NCBI GenBank assembly: GCA_964355895.1
Contig: CAYHFK010000001.1
Location: 1,588-56,100, forward strand
DNA length: 54,513 bases
From: an uncultured Bifidobacterium sp.
GTDB taxonomy: Bacteria > Verrucomicrobiota > Verrucomicrobiia > Limisphaerales > JADLHS01
Direction of reading: 5' to 3'
Part shown: one piece after another, positions 36,038 through 44,861 of the stretch
Layout of the letters: every line of letters begins with the position of its first letter
Position numbering within the stretch: the stretch's first letter is position 1
The notes under the pieces: generated by a model
The model's input: only the letters and a program-made list of their open reading frames with translations
The model's database searches: none
What the model was told of the DNA's origin: nothing
Translations under genes and position numbers: made by a program

Positions 36038-37018
36038 ATGAAGCAAACGCCTTCCTGGATTCGGGAATACCTGGCGCTCGCGGTTATTCTGGTGGCGCTG
36101 GTGCTGTTGTTTGGGGCGTTGAGCGGACGGTTTCTCACGACCGCCACGTTTGGCGCCATCGCGAATCGCATTCCCACACTGGCTCTCGCGGCCACGGGCA
36201 TGACGCTGGTGCTCATCGTCGGCGGGATTGATTTATCCATCGGCTCCGTGCTGGCGCTGGCCGGCGCGGTGCTGGGCGTGGCGTTGGTGGACTGGCATTG
36301 GCCCTTCGCGGCGTGCGCGGCGCTGGCCGTGGCGGTCGGGCTGGTCGCCGGCCTGGCGAACGGCGCGCTCATCGTCGGCCTGACCGTGCCGCCGTTCATC
36401 GTCACGCTGGGCATGATGGAAATGGCGCGCGGCGCCGCGTATCTCGTCACCAACTCGCAAACGAAATATCTCGGCGCGGCGGTCGAAGGCCTGGCGCGTC
36501 CGCTGGGCGGCACCGGATTGTCGGGGTCATTTCTGCTCGCGATGCTGGTGGTCGGGCTGGCGCAACTGCTGTTGAGCAGCTCCGTGTTGGGACGCTGGAT
36601 GTTCGCCACCGGCTCGAATGAAACGGCAACCCGCTATTCCGGCATTGATCCGCGCCCCGTCAAGCTGTCGGCCTACGCGCTGACCGGCGCGGCGGCGGGA
36701 TTGGGCGCGGTTTGTTACGCGTCCCGACTCGGCGCGTCGGATCCGAACGCGGGCGTGGGCCTGGAACTTTCCGCCATCGCGGCGGCGGTCATCGGCGGGA
36801 CGAGCTTGCTCGGCGGGCGCGGCTCGGTCATTAACACCTTTTTCGGCGTGCTCATCATCGCCACGTTGGAAGCGGGTCTCGCGCAAGTGGGCGCATCCGA
36901 ACCCGTGAAGCGGCTGGTCACCGGCGCGGTGATAGTGGTCGCCGTGTTGGCCGACGCGTGGCGGCAGCGCACGGCGGGGAAATCGTTTCCACTGTGGAAG
37001 CGGCTGTTGGCATCATGA
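36038..37018 (+). CDS. sugar ABC transporter permease (RbsC/AraH type)
   Basis: 10-TM profile, TLVLIVGGIDLSIGSVLALAG and GGTSLLGGRGSV motifs. Confidence 0.9.
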   Translation: MKQTPSWIREYLALAVILVALVLLFGALSGRFLTTATFGAIANRIPTLALAATGMTLVLIVGGIDLSIGSVLALAGAVLGVALVDWHWPFAACAALAVAVGLVAGLANGALIVGLTVPPFIVTLGMMEMARGAAYLVTNSQTKYLGAAVEGLARPLGGTGLSGSFLLAMLVVGLAQLLLSSSVLGRWMFATGSNETATRYSGIDPRPVKLSAYALTGAAAGLGAVCYASRLGASDPNAGVGLELSAIAAAVIGGTSLLGGRGSVINTFFGVLIIATLEAGLAQVGASEPVKRLVTGAVIVVAVLADAWRQRTAGKSFPLWKRLLAS

Positions 37019-37344
37019 ACCCAAGCAAATACCTAGTGATGGCTGCGCTCGGCATCTGGGTGGTGACTGCCTTGGTATTTGCCATCGCTGGCGATATGGA
37101 TCCACTGGGCTTTCCGGTCCTGGTTTTGGTACCGTTTCTCGCGATCCCAGAGATAGTGGCAGACGAGATGCCATTCGGCTGGTTTGCCACCATTGCGTGC
37201 TGTATTGCCGTCGCGTGGCTTGTTGCCGCCGTCGAAATATGGAGACGTCCAAAAACGCGTCTGGCTTGGTGTCTCTTTGCGGGGTGGAGCGCACTCCTGA
37301 TAATCGGGTATTACTCGCTTTACAATGCTTTGCGTGACCACTAA
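37015..37344 (+). CDS. hypothetical small membrane protein, translationally coupled to the permease
   Basis: ATG 37015 overlaps the permease stop (ATGA). 109 aa with about four hydrophobic helices. Confidence 0.55.
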   Translation: MNPSKYLVMAALGIWVVTALVFAIAGDMDPLGFPVLVLVPFLAIPEIVADEMPFGWFATIACCIAVAWLVAAVEIWRRPKTRLAWCLFAGWSALLIIGYYSLYNALRDH

Positions 37345-37428
37345 ACGAAGGTGACTAAATGCGCTGCGCCGAGCCCGGCCATCGCGTCTCGGCTGCTACA
37401 GGGTTTTGAAAGCGCGCCTTGTGATACC

Positions 37429-38472
37429 ATGAAACCAAATCTGTTCCGCTTCGCCACCCTCGCCATCCTCGGCATCGCTCTCGCCGCGCATGCCGCCGAC
37501 CGCCCGCCCGCGCCGCCGCCGGTCAAAATCATTTTTGACACGGACATCGGCAACGACGTGGACGATGCCCTGGCGCTCGGCCTGTTGCACGCGCTGGCGG
37601 ATCGCGGCGCGTGTGAACTGCTCGGCGTCACCATCACGCGCAGTGACGAACTGGCCGGCCCGTTCGTGGATGCCGTGAACACGTTTTACGGGCGACCCGC
37701 CCTGCCCATCGGCTTCATTCGCGCCAAACCCGAACCGGAGCCGAGCAAGTTTCTGCCGCTGGCCGAGGCCCGGGACGGTGAGCGGGCGCGGTATCCGCAT
37801 GACTTGAAGCGCAGCAGTGACGCGCCGGAGGCGTTGCGTTTGCTGCGCCAGTTGCTCGCCGCGCAGCCCGACGGCAGCGTCGTGCTGGTGCAGGTGGGAT
37901 ACTTTTCCAATTTCGCCGCGTTGCTCGACACCCCGGCGGACGAACTCGCCCCGTTAACCGGGCGCGACCTGGTGAAACAAAAGGTGAAGCGGTTGTCGGT
38001 CATGGCCGGCGCGTTTCAGACCATTGATGACAACAACCATTTCACCGAGTTCAACGTGTACAAGGACATTCCGGCCGCGCAAAAAATCGCGCGCGACTGG
38101 CCCACGCCCATCGTCTGGAGCGGTTTTGAAATCGGCATCGCTCTGCCTTACCCCGCCGTCAGCATTGAGCGCGATTACCGCTACGTGGCGCATCATCCGC
38201 TGGCCGAGGCCTACCAGCTTTACAGCCCGACGCCGCATGAACGCCCCACCTGGGACCTGACCAGCGCGCTGTACGCCGTGCAGCCGGACCGGGGTTTCTT
38301 TGGTCTATCCGAAGCGGGCACGGTCACGGTGGAGGGCGACGGGTTCACGCGCTTCACGCCGCAGCCCAAAGGCCGTGATCGTTTTCTCAAACTCGACGCG
38401 ACGCAACTCGTCCGCGTCCGCGAAGCGCTCGTTCAACTTTGCAGCCAGCCCCCGAAACCAACCGGCAAATGA
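37429..38472 (+). CDS. secreted inosine/uridine-preferring nucleoside hydrolase family protein
   Basis: ATG 37429 with signal peptide FATLAILGIALAAHA. IIFDTDIGNDVDDALAL (DxDxxxDD). Confidence 0.88.
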   Translation: MKPNLFRFATLAILGIALAAHAADRPPAPPPVKIIFDTDIGNDVDDALALGLLHALADRGACELLGVTITRSDELAGPFVDAVNTFYGRPALPIGFIRAKPEPEPSKFLPLAEARDGERARYPHDLKRSSDAPEALRLLRQLLAAQPDGSVVLVQVGYFSNFAALLDTPADELAPLTGRDLVKQKVKRLSVMAGAFQTIDDNNHFTEFNVYKDIPAAQKIARDWPTPIVWSGFEIGIALPYPAVSIERDYRYVAHHPLAEAYQLYSPTPHERPTWDLTSALYAVQPDRGFFGLSEAGTVTVEGDGFTRFTPQPKGRDRFLKLDATQLVRVREALVQLCSQPPKPTGK

Positions 38473-39476
38473 AATCCCCCGCCCCCGCCCATTCATCGCC
38501 GCCGCGCGTGGTCGTGGTCGGCTCGCTCAACCTGGACTTGATTGCCCAGGTCGAGCGGCTGCCCGCCGCCGGGGAAACCGTTCCAGCCAGTGGCTTGTTG
38601 CGTCGCTTTGGCGGCAAGGGCGCAAATCAGGCCGTGGCTGCGGCCCGGCAAGGCGCGGCGGTGACTATGATCGGTTGCGTTGGAGATGATGCTGACGGCG
38701 CGGCCTATCGCGAACATCTCGTGCGTGAAGGGATCAACATCCGGGCCATCGGCAAAATCCCGCGCACGCCAACCGGCACGGCGCTCATTGCGGTGGATCG
38801 GCAGGGGCAAAACAACATTGTTGTAATTGCGGGTGCGAACGCCCGGCTCACCGCGGCGTCAGTGCGCGCACAAGCCGCGATCATCCGGCGCGCCGGTGCG
38901 TTGCTGGCGCAGTTGGAAGTGCCTTTGGCCGCAGTGTTGGAGGCCATGCGCATCGCAAACGCTGCGGGCGTGCCCGTTGTGTTCAATCCTTCGCCGCTGC
39001 GTCCTGATTTTCCGTGGGGCCGGGTGGCGCTGCACACCGTCATCGCCAACGAACTCGAAGCGCAACAGATATTCGGTCTGTCGGTCAGCAACCTGGCCCG
39101 AACAGCCGTCGCATGGCGGCGCAAGCTGGCGGAGCGACGCATTGCACAACTGCTCGTGACACGCGGCGCACAATCCACGCTTTGCCTGACGGTGGAAAAA
39201 TGTTTCGCCGTGCCTACGATGCGCGTGCGACCGGTGGATACGGTCGGGGCCGGCGACGCATGCGCCGGGACATTCACCGCGCGGCTGGCGGAAGGATGTG
39301 AGTTGGCAGAAGCCGTAATTCTGGCCAACTGCGCCGGCGCTCTGACCACTTTGAAACCCGGCGCGCAAGAGGCCATGCCCACGCGCCTGGCCACGCAACT
39401 TGCCTTGCGCCGAGGCGGCCCGCACAAGTTTGCGAACGCGTGCGGCGGTCGGCTGAGTTTGCGGCGGAGAGGGTGA
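38469..39476 (+). CDS. rbsK: ribokinase
   Basis: ATG 38469 overlaps the hydrolase stop (ATGA). VVVVGSLNLDL, GGKGANQAVAAARQG, DTVGAGDA. Confidence 0.88.
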   Translation: MKSPAPAHSSPPRVVVVGSLNLDLIAQVERLPAAGETVPASGLLRRFGGKGANQAVAAARQGAAVTMIGCVGDDADGAAYREHLVREGINIRAIGKIPRTPTGTALIAVDRQGQNNIVVIAGANARLTAASVRAQAAIIRRAGALLAQLEVPLAAVLEAMRIANAAGVPVVFNPSPLRPDFPWGRVALHTVIANELEAQQIFGLSVSNLARTAVAWRRKLAERRIAQLLVTRGAQSTLCLTVEKCFAVPTMRVRPVDTVGAGDACAGTFTARLAEGCELAEAVILANCAGALTTLKPGAQEAMPTRLATQLALRRGGPHKFANACGGRLSLRRRG

Positions 39477-39518
39477 GCGACTGGCTTGGTGCTTTAAGCA
39501 ACGCGAGAATGATTTGAG

Positions 39519-39678
39519 GCTCGCCCTCACCCTGACCCTCTCCCTCAGGAGAGGGAACAGCTTTTTCAAGCCGACCCTTTGGCGGGAGCGCTTTGGATTG
39601 GCTCTGACTCAGGACATTCCCGCAGACGGCGAACGATTCTCCCTCTCCCGGGGGGAGAGGGCTGGGGTGAGGGCGAGC
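39519..39678. repeat. MITE/REP-like element with 26-nt imperfect terminal inverted repeats (gctcgccctcaccc..ccctctccc)
   Basis: 39519-39544 pairs with 39653-39678 (23/26). Each end also forms a ccctctcc/ggagaggg mini-hairpin. Same termini as the element at 52820-53153. Confidence 0.8.
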
Positions 39679-39797
39679 GTTCCACCAAATTCACCTGACC
39701 TCTCATTTCTCTACGCGCTACCCGCCGAAAAATGCAGAAAACTACCTGATAAGGGTTCACAAGGGCCGACAGTGAGGAACGGGCGTGCGCCCAAGCT

Positions 39798-41822
39798 TCA
39801 CGGCGAGCGGAGGCGGTAGAAACGAGCGGGATAATTCGTCCACTGGGGATCACTGAAATAAACGGAGCCGTTCGTGAGAGTGCAGTATTGCAGTGGAGAC
39901 CAGGTCGAGTTGGCGAGATTGGAAGAGGCTTCGATCACGATGGGAATGTTTGCCGTGCCAGTGATGTTGAAACCAAATTGATTTGTCCGCACGCCAAAGC
40001 TGGCATCGCTCGTCTGCACCTGCGGATTCCACAGCACCGTGGGAAGGTGGTGGAACGTCGGCCCCCATCCCGTGGTCCCCGGCAGGTAATACACGACCGC
40101 ACCAACGGCACTGGACAATGCAAGCTGATTGATGGCACCCCCGGCGAGCGCGTTCCCCTGGAAATAGAAGCTGGTCAGGCTGGCGCAGTTATAGAACGCC
40201 TCGTTGTCGATCTGGGTGACGCTGGCAGGGATCGTGATGCTGGTCAGGCTTGAGCAGTATTGAAACGCCCATAAACCGATGCTCGTGACGCTGTTGCCGA
40301 TTGTGACGCTGGTCAAGCCGCGGCAGTCAGAGAAAGCATAAGACCCGATGCTTATGACGCTGTCGGGGATCGAAACGCTGGTCAGGCTGGTGCAATTATA
40401 GAAAGCCGCTTCCCCGATGCTGGTCACGCTGTTGCCGATTGGGACGCTTTGCAGATCCCAACAATCGGCAAACGCATAGTTCCCGATGCTGGTCACGCTG
40501 TTCGGGATCGTGTAGCTACCGGCTTTGCGGGCCGGACATTGTATGAGCGTGGTCTGGTTCTTGTTAAACAAGACCCCATCGGCACTGGTATAGGAATAGT
40601 TGAGCGCATCAACCGTTATCGCGGTCAGGTTAGTGCAGCCCGAGAACGCATCGACCCCGATATTGATGACGCCGTTGCCGATCAAGACGTTGGTGAGGCT
40701 GGAGCAGTATTGGAACGCTTGGAACTCGATGCTGGTGACGCTGTTTGGGATCGTGATGCTCACCAAGCTGGTGCAGTTAAAGAAGGCATTGTCCATAATG
40801 GTGGCAATACTGTTGCCGATCGTGGCGCTGATCAGTTTGGTGCAATATTGAAACGCATGGTCTTGAATAATGCTGACGCCGCTGCCGATCGTGACGTTAG
40901 TAAGGCTGGTACAGTGTTCAAACGCATACCCTCCAATGCTGGTGACGCTGTTGGGGATCGTGATGCTGGTCAGGCTGGTGCAGTATGAAAACGAAAGTCT
41001 CCCGATAATGGTGACATTGTTGGGGATTGCGTAGCTTCCGGCTTTGCCCCCTGGGAATTGGATGATCGTGCTCTGCGCTTTATCGAACAGCACCCCATCC
41101 ACACTGCTAAAGACGGAATTGGCTGCGCCCACCGTTATTGTGGTTAGGCTGCCGCAAGCAGAGAACGCCCTGTAACCGATGCTATTGGCGCTGTCGGGGA
41201 TCGTGATGCTGGTTAGGCTGGTGCAGTTATTGAACGCGCGCTCTCCGAAGCTACTGACGCTGTTTGGAATAGGGACATTTGTCAGGCTAGTGCAGTTTTG
41301 GAATGCTGAAGACCCAATGCTGGTGACAGTACTGGGTAGCAGGACTCTAGTCAGGCTGGGGCAGTTTTGGAATGCGTCATATCCAATGCTGGTGACGCTG
41401 TTGCCGATTGTGACGTTGGACAGCCTGGGGCAGTTTCGGAACGCAGAGCCCGCGATGGTTTTGAGGTTGTTGCCGATCGTGACGTTGGTCAGGCTGAAGC
41501 AGTAATAAAACGCAGCACTGCCAATGCTGGTGACGCTATCAGGAATTATGACGCTAGTTAGGCTGCTACAGAAACCAAACGCCTGGCCCCCGATGTTGGT
41601 GACGCTGTTGGGGATCGTGACGCTGGTCACGCTGGAGTTATAGAACGCATTGTCTCCGATGGTAGTGACCGGCCGGCCATTGGTCGCACTGGGGATCGTC
41701 ACCGCACCGCCGGAGCCGGTGTACTTGGTGATGGTGATCGTTCCGTTAATGGTCTGGAACTGGAATTGGGCTTGGACCAAGGCGGGCAGCATCAACACCA
41801 GCAGCAGCGTCAACAGTCTCAT
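39798..41822 (-). CDS. BspA-type leucine-rich-repeat surface protein
   Basis: ATG 41822 with signal peptide, then about 24 tandem 23-aa units (..IPNSVTSIGxxAFxxCxSLTSVT..). Short C-terminal module ends ARFYRLRSP. Confidence 0.9.
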   Translation of the reverse strand: MRLLTLLLVLMLPALVQAQFQFQTINGTITITKYTGSGGAVTIPSATNGRPVTTIGDNAFYNSSVTSVTIPNSVTNIGGQAFGFCSSLTSVIIPDSVTSIGSAAFYYCFSLTNVTIGNNLKTIAGSAFRNCPRLSNVTIGNSVTSIGYDAFQNCPSLTRVLLPSTVTSIGSSAFQNCTSLTNVPIPNSVSSFGERAFNNCTSLTSITIPDSANSIGYRAFSACGSLTTITVGAANSVFSSVDGVLFDKAQSTIIQFPGGKAGSYAIPNNVTIIGRLSFSYCTSLTSITIPNSVTSIGGYAFEHCTSLTNVTIGSGVSIIQDHAFQYCTKLISATIGNSIATIMDNAFFNCTSLVSITIPNSVTSIEFQAFQYCSSLTNVLIGNGVINIGVDAFSGCTNLTAITVDALNYSYTSADGVLFNKNQTTLIQCPARKAGSYTIPNSVTSIGNYAFADCWDLQSVPIGNSVTSIGEAAFYNCTSLTSVSIPDSVISIGSYAFSDCRGLTSVTIGNSVTSIGLWAFQYCSSLTSITIPASVTQIDNEAFYNCASLTSFYFQGNALAGGAINQLALSSAVGAVVYYLPGTTGWGPTFHHLPTVLWNPQVQTSDASFGVRTNQFGFNITGTANIPIVIEASSNLANSTWSPLQYCTLTNGSVYFSDPQWTNYPARFYRLRSP

Positions 41823-42250
41823 GGCGCAGGCGGTTCGCAAACGCAGCCAGTCAGGCGCTATGTGGGAGACCACGCGTAGCGAAGGTCCACCAACGCGCCT
41901 GAATTTGCTCTCGTCCGTCAACATGCGCCAACACTGCGACCAATCATATCCAGCGTCAACAGCAGATCAGCAAAAGCTCATCTCATCTGGCCATCGAAAT
42001 CACTGGTGCAAACTATTTCCAAACACCGTCTGGGCCGGCGTAGATTTCTCAGGAGCGCGAGCGGTCCCGCGCCCGCAGCACGTACGACAGCGAAATGAGG
42101 TCCGGTTTATCAGACGCTCCTTCTGTTTTCCACCCGCTGCGACCGGGGACCGGTCGCGGTCCATTGGTTTTAGTCTGGCTAAATGGTCTTGTCACCGGCG
42201 CCCGCTGTCCGCAGACTAAATTTTCATTAACGTGAACCTCGGAAGACCGC

Positions 42251-42928
42251 ATGCGCCCAGCCACCCTTGATCTGCTGCAAGCCGCCTATGGCCGCTATGC
42301 GCTGGGGGCGTTCAACGTCTCCAACATGGAACAAGTCCACGGCTTGTTTCGCGGAGCGGAGCGGGCGCGAGCACCGGTCATTGTCCAGTTCACCCGTGTG
42401 ATGCGGAATTATGCGCATCCCCGGATGCTGGCGGCGATGTTGGAGGCGGCGGAGGAAATCTATCCCGGCGTGGTCTTTGCCTGCCATCACGATCACGGCG
42501 ATGAGGCGAGCTGTGCGGAGGCGATTGCGTCGGGCGATTACAACTCGGTGATGATTGACGCGTCGCATCATCCGTTCGCGGAAAACGTGGCGACCACACG
42601 GCGCGTCGTGGAGCAGGCGCATGCGCGCGGCATCGCCGTGGAAGCCGAACTGGGGTTGTTGCAAGGCATCGAAGACGAAATGAGCGTGGATGCCAAGGAA
42701 GCGATCCTGACCGATCCGGCGCAAGCGGAGGAATTCGTCCAGCGCATCGGGTGCGACAGTCTCGCGGTGGCCATCGGCACGAGTCACGGGGCTTACAAGT
42801 TTTCCGGCAAACAGGGATTGCACTTTGATCGCCTCGCGGAAATCCAGCAACGTCTGCCGGGTTTTCCGCTGGTGCTCCACGGCGGCTCGGCGGTACCGGT
42901 GCGGGAAGTCGAACGGATCAGTGCTTGA
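42251..42928 (+). pseudogene. fba: class II fructose-bisphosphate aldolase, 3'-truncated (about 222 of more than 285 codons)
   Basis: FNVSNMEQ, ACHHDHGD, MIDASHHPFAENV, EAELG, AVAIGTSHGAYKF, PLVLHGGSAVP all present. Homology stops at ..VREVERI (about 42919) and the remaining C-terminal part is absent. Confidence 0.8.
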
Positions 42929-44335
42929 TCCCAAGGCTGCCGCCATTGATGTCGGCAGTGAAAAACTCCACGGCTCCGTCGCGGGCGCCGCGCCCAAAGC
43001 CTTCGACACCTTCACCGGTGATCTGGAAGCCTTGCGCGACTGGTTCAAGGAACAAGGTGTGCAGACCGTGGCGCTGGAGGCCCCCGGCGTTTACTGGCTC
43101 TACCTTTACGAGGTGCTGGAAGCTGCCGGGTTGGTGGTGGTGGTGGTCAACGGCCGGCATGTGCAAAATGTCCCGGGCCGCAAGACGGACATGGCCGACT
43201 GCCAGTGGCTGGCCACGTTGCACGCGCACGGACTGTTGCGCGGGGGCTTCGTGCCCTCGGCCGCAATCCGGCAGTTGCAGGACTACCAGCGGCTGCGCGC
43301 CGATCATCTGATCGGCGCGGCCAGCCAGGTGCAGAAGATGCAACAGGCCCTCGAACGCATGAACATCAAACTCCACGACGTCATCAGCGACCTCGTCGGC
43401 GTCAGCGGCCTCAAAGTCGTGCGGGCGATCCTCAAGGGCGAACGGCGTCCGGGCGAACTGCTGGCGTTGTGCGACGTGCAAATCCAGAAGCAGAAATCGG
43501 CGGCGGTAAAGGAAAGTCTGCGGGGTTGCTGGAAGAAGGAACAACTCTTCGCGCTGCGGCAGGGGCTGGAGTTGTGGGAGGCCTACCAGCAAAAGATCGC
43601 CGCTTGTGACCGGGAGTTGGAGACGCTGCTGCGGGCAATGGCCGGGCCGCTGCCGCCCCCGGACGGGACTGGCGGCCGTGACTTGAAACTGGTGCCGGTC
43701 AAGGCGCTGGGCAAGAACGCGCCCGTGATTGAGCGGTTTCAGGAGTTGCTGGCGCGGCTGTGCGGCGGGCGAGACGCGCCACAGATTCCCGGCTTGAGCG
43801 CATATTCGGGGCTGCAGTTGATCAGCGAGGTGGGGACGGACATGACGCGCTGGCCGAGCGAGAAACACTTCGTCTCGTGGCTGGGACTGGCGGGGGGCCG
43901 CAAACAAAGTGGCAAACGCAAAGGGAGCGTGAAGGCGCATCGCAACCGGGCGGGCCGGATGCTGTGTGCGGCGGCGCGGGCGTTGGCGCAAAGCGTGGAC
44001 AAGGCGCTGGGTGGATTTTACCGGCGCTTGCGGGGCCGGTTGGGCGGACTGGCGGCCAACGTGGCATTGGCACGCAAGCTGGCGTTGTGGTTCTACCGGT
44101 TGCTGCGCCACGGACTGGAATACGTCGAGAAAGGATTGAAGCACTATGAAGCCAAAGTACTGGAGACCGAGGCGCGCGTGTTGCACAAACTGGCCAAGAA
44201 ACAAGGTTTTACCCTCATCCCCACCCTTCTCAATTGAGCAGAGGTTCATGGGGAGGGCGGGCAAAATCACCATCTGCCGGGCGGGGCAACGATTGTTTCA
44301 CGTTGAAAACAGAGAGAAACCCTGAAAAACAAAAA
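42920..44335 (+). mobile_element. IS110-family insertion sequence (ends not defined; left non-coding end absent)
   Basis: Transposase ORF plus about 100 nt of 3' non-coding DNA up to the terminator of the neighbouring minus-strand gene. No terminal inverted repeats seen, as is usual for this family. Confidence 0.6.
42921..44237 (+). CDS. IS110-family (DEDD) transposase
   Basis: AAIDVGSEKLH (first catalytic D), VALEAPGVYW, NGRHVQNVPGRKTDMADCQWLA, C-terminal HFVSWLGLAGGRKQSGKRKG..HRNRAGRMLCAAA (Transposase_20-type). GTG 42921; the N-terminus may be slightly truncated. Confidence 0.9.
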   Translation: MLDPKAAAIDVGSEKLHGSVAGAAPKAFDTFTGDLEALRDWFKEQGVQTVALEAPGVYWLYLYEVLEAAGLVVVVVNGRHVQNVPGRKTDMADCQWLATLHAHGLLRGGFVPSAAIRQLQDYQRLRADHLIGAASQVQKMQQALERMNIKLHDVISDLVGVSGLKVVRAILKGERRPGELLALCDVQIQKQKSAAVKESLRGCWKKEQLFALRQGLELWEAYQQKIAACDRELETLLRAMAGPLPPPDGTGGRDLKLVPVKALGKNAPVIERFQELLARLCGGRDAPQIPGLSAYSGLQLISEVGTDMTRWPSEKHFVSWLGLAGGRKQSGKRKGSVKAHRNRAGRMLCAAARALAQSVDKALGGFYRRLRGRLGGLAANVALARKLALWFYRLLRHGLEYVEKGLKHYEAKVLETEARVLHKLAKKQGFTLIPTLLN

Positions 44336-44363
44336 ATCCCGCCGCGAATTTCTTCGCGGCGGG
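44326..44363 (-). terminator. intrinsic terminator of the 44392-44772 gene
   Basis: Minus strand reads cccgccgcgaa-gaaa-ttcgcggcggg followed by attttttgttttt. Confidence 0.85.
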
Positions 44364-44391
44364 AACCAACCAACCCAGTTCACCCCAAAAC

Positions 44392-44772
44392 TTACCGGCG
44401 ATAGCCGTGGCCATGACCACGACCCGGATGCCCGCGATGATAAGCGTAATTCACATTTACGAGCGGCCACGGCGTAATAAAAACCGGGCGCGGACAGACG
44501 ACCACGGGCGCCGGGACGTAAACCACCGGTGCCGGCGCACAGACAACTCGAGTCGGGGCATAGACCACCGGCGCGGGGCACGGCGCGCACCGGGAATACG
44601 TGACGGGATAGTACGCGGGCTGATAATCCAGCGCGTTGGCGATCACCACGCCGGCGGCGACGCCGGTCAGGACTTTTCCGACGGTCGCCCATTCACGATC
44701 ACCGGCGCGGGCGGTTTGCAGGCTGGCAAGCGTGAGAGCAAGAACAGTTACAGTTGCGATGGTCTTTTTCAT
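44392..44772 (-). CDS. hypothetical small secreted Pro/Val-repeat protein with His/Gly-rich C-terminus
   Basis: ATG 44772 with signal peptide VTVLALTLASLQTARA, repeated APVVY motifs, four Cys, tail HRGHPGRGHGHGYRR. Has its own terminator. Confidence 0.65.
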   Translation of the reverse strand: MKKTIATVTVLALTLASLQTARAGDREWATVGKVLTGVAAGVVIANALDYQPAYYPVTYSRCAPCPAPVVYAPTRVVCAPAPVVYVPAPVVVCPRPVFITPWPLVNVNYAYHRGHPGRGHGHGYRR

Positions 44773-44861
44773 ATTTGCCTTTCGTTTTCCGAACACGGTG
44801 ATGAGACGGGCCGATTTAAGTTTTATTCAGGCCGCGCTCTCAAATAGCATGGCAATGGCCT

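Noticed and set aside
39798-41822. Regular 69-bp periodicity that could be mistaken for a CRISPR-like or satellite array
   Set aside because: The period is in frame and encodes a continuous 23-aa LRR consensus within one 674-codon ORF with a signal peptide. There is no repeat/spacer alternation.
44238-44391. Remainder of the aldolase gene immediately downstream of the IS
   Set aside because: All three forward frames translate to short non-aldolase peptides (AEVHGEGGQNHH.., QRFMGRAGKITI.., RGSWGGRAKSPS..). The region ends in the terminator of the minus-strand neighbour.
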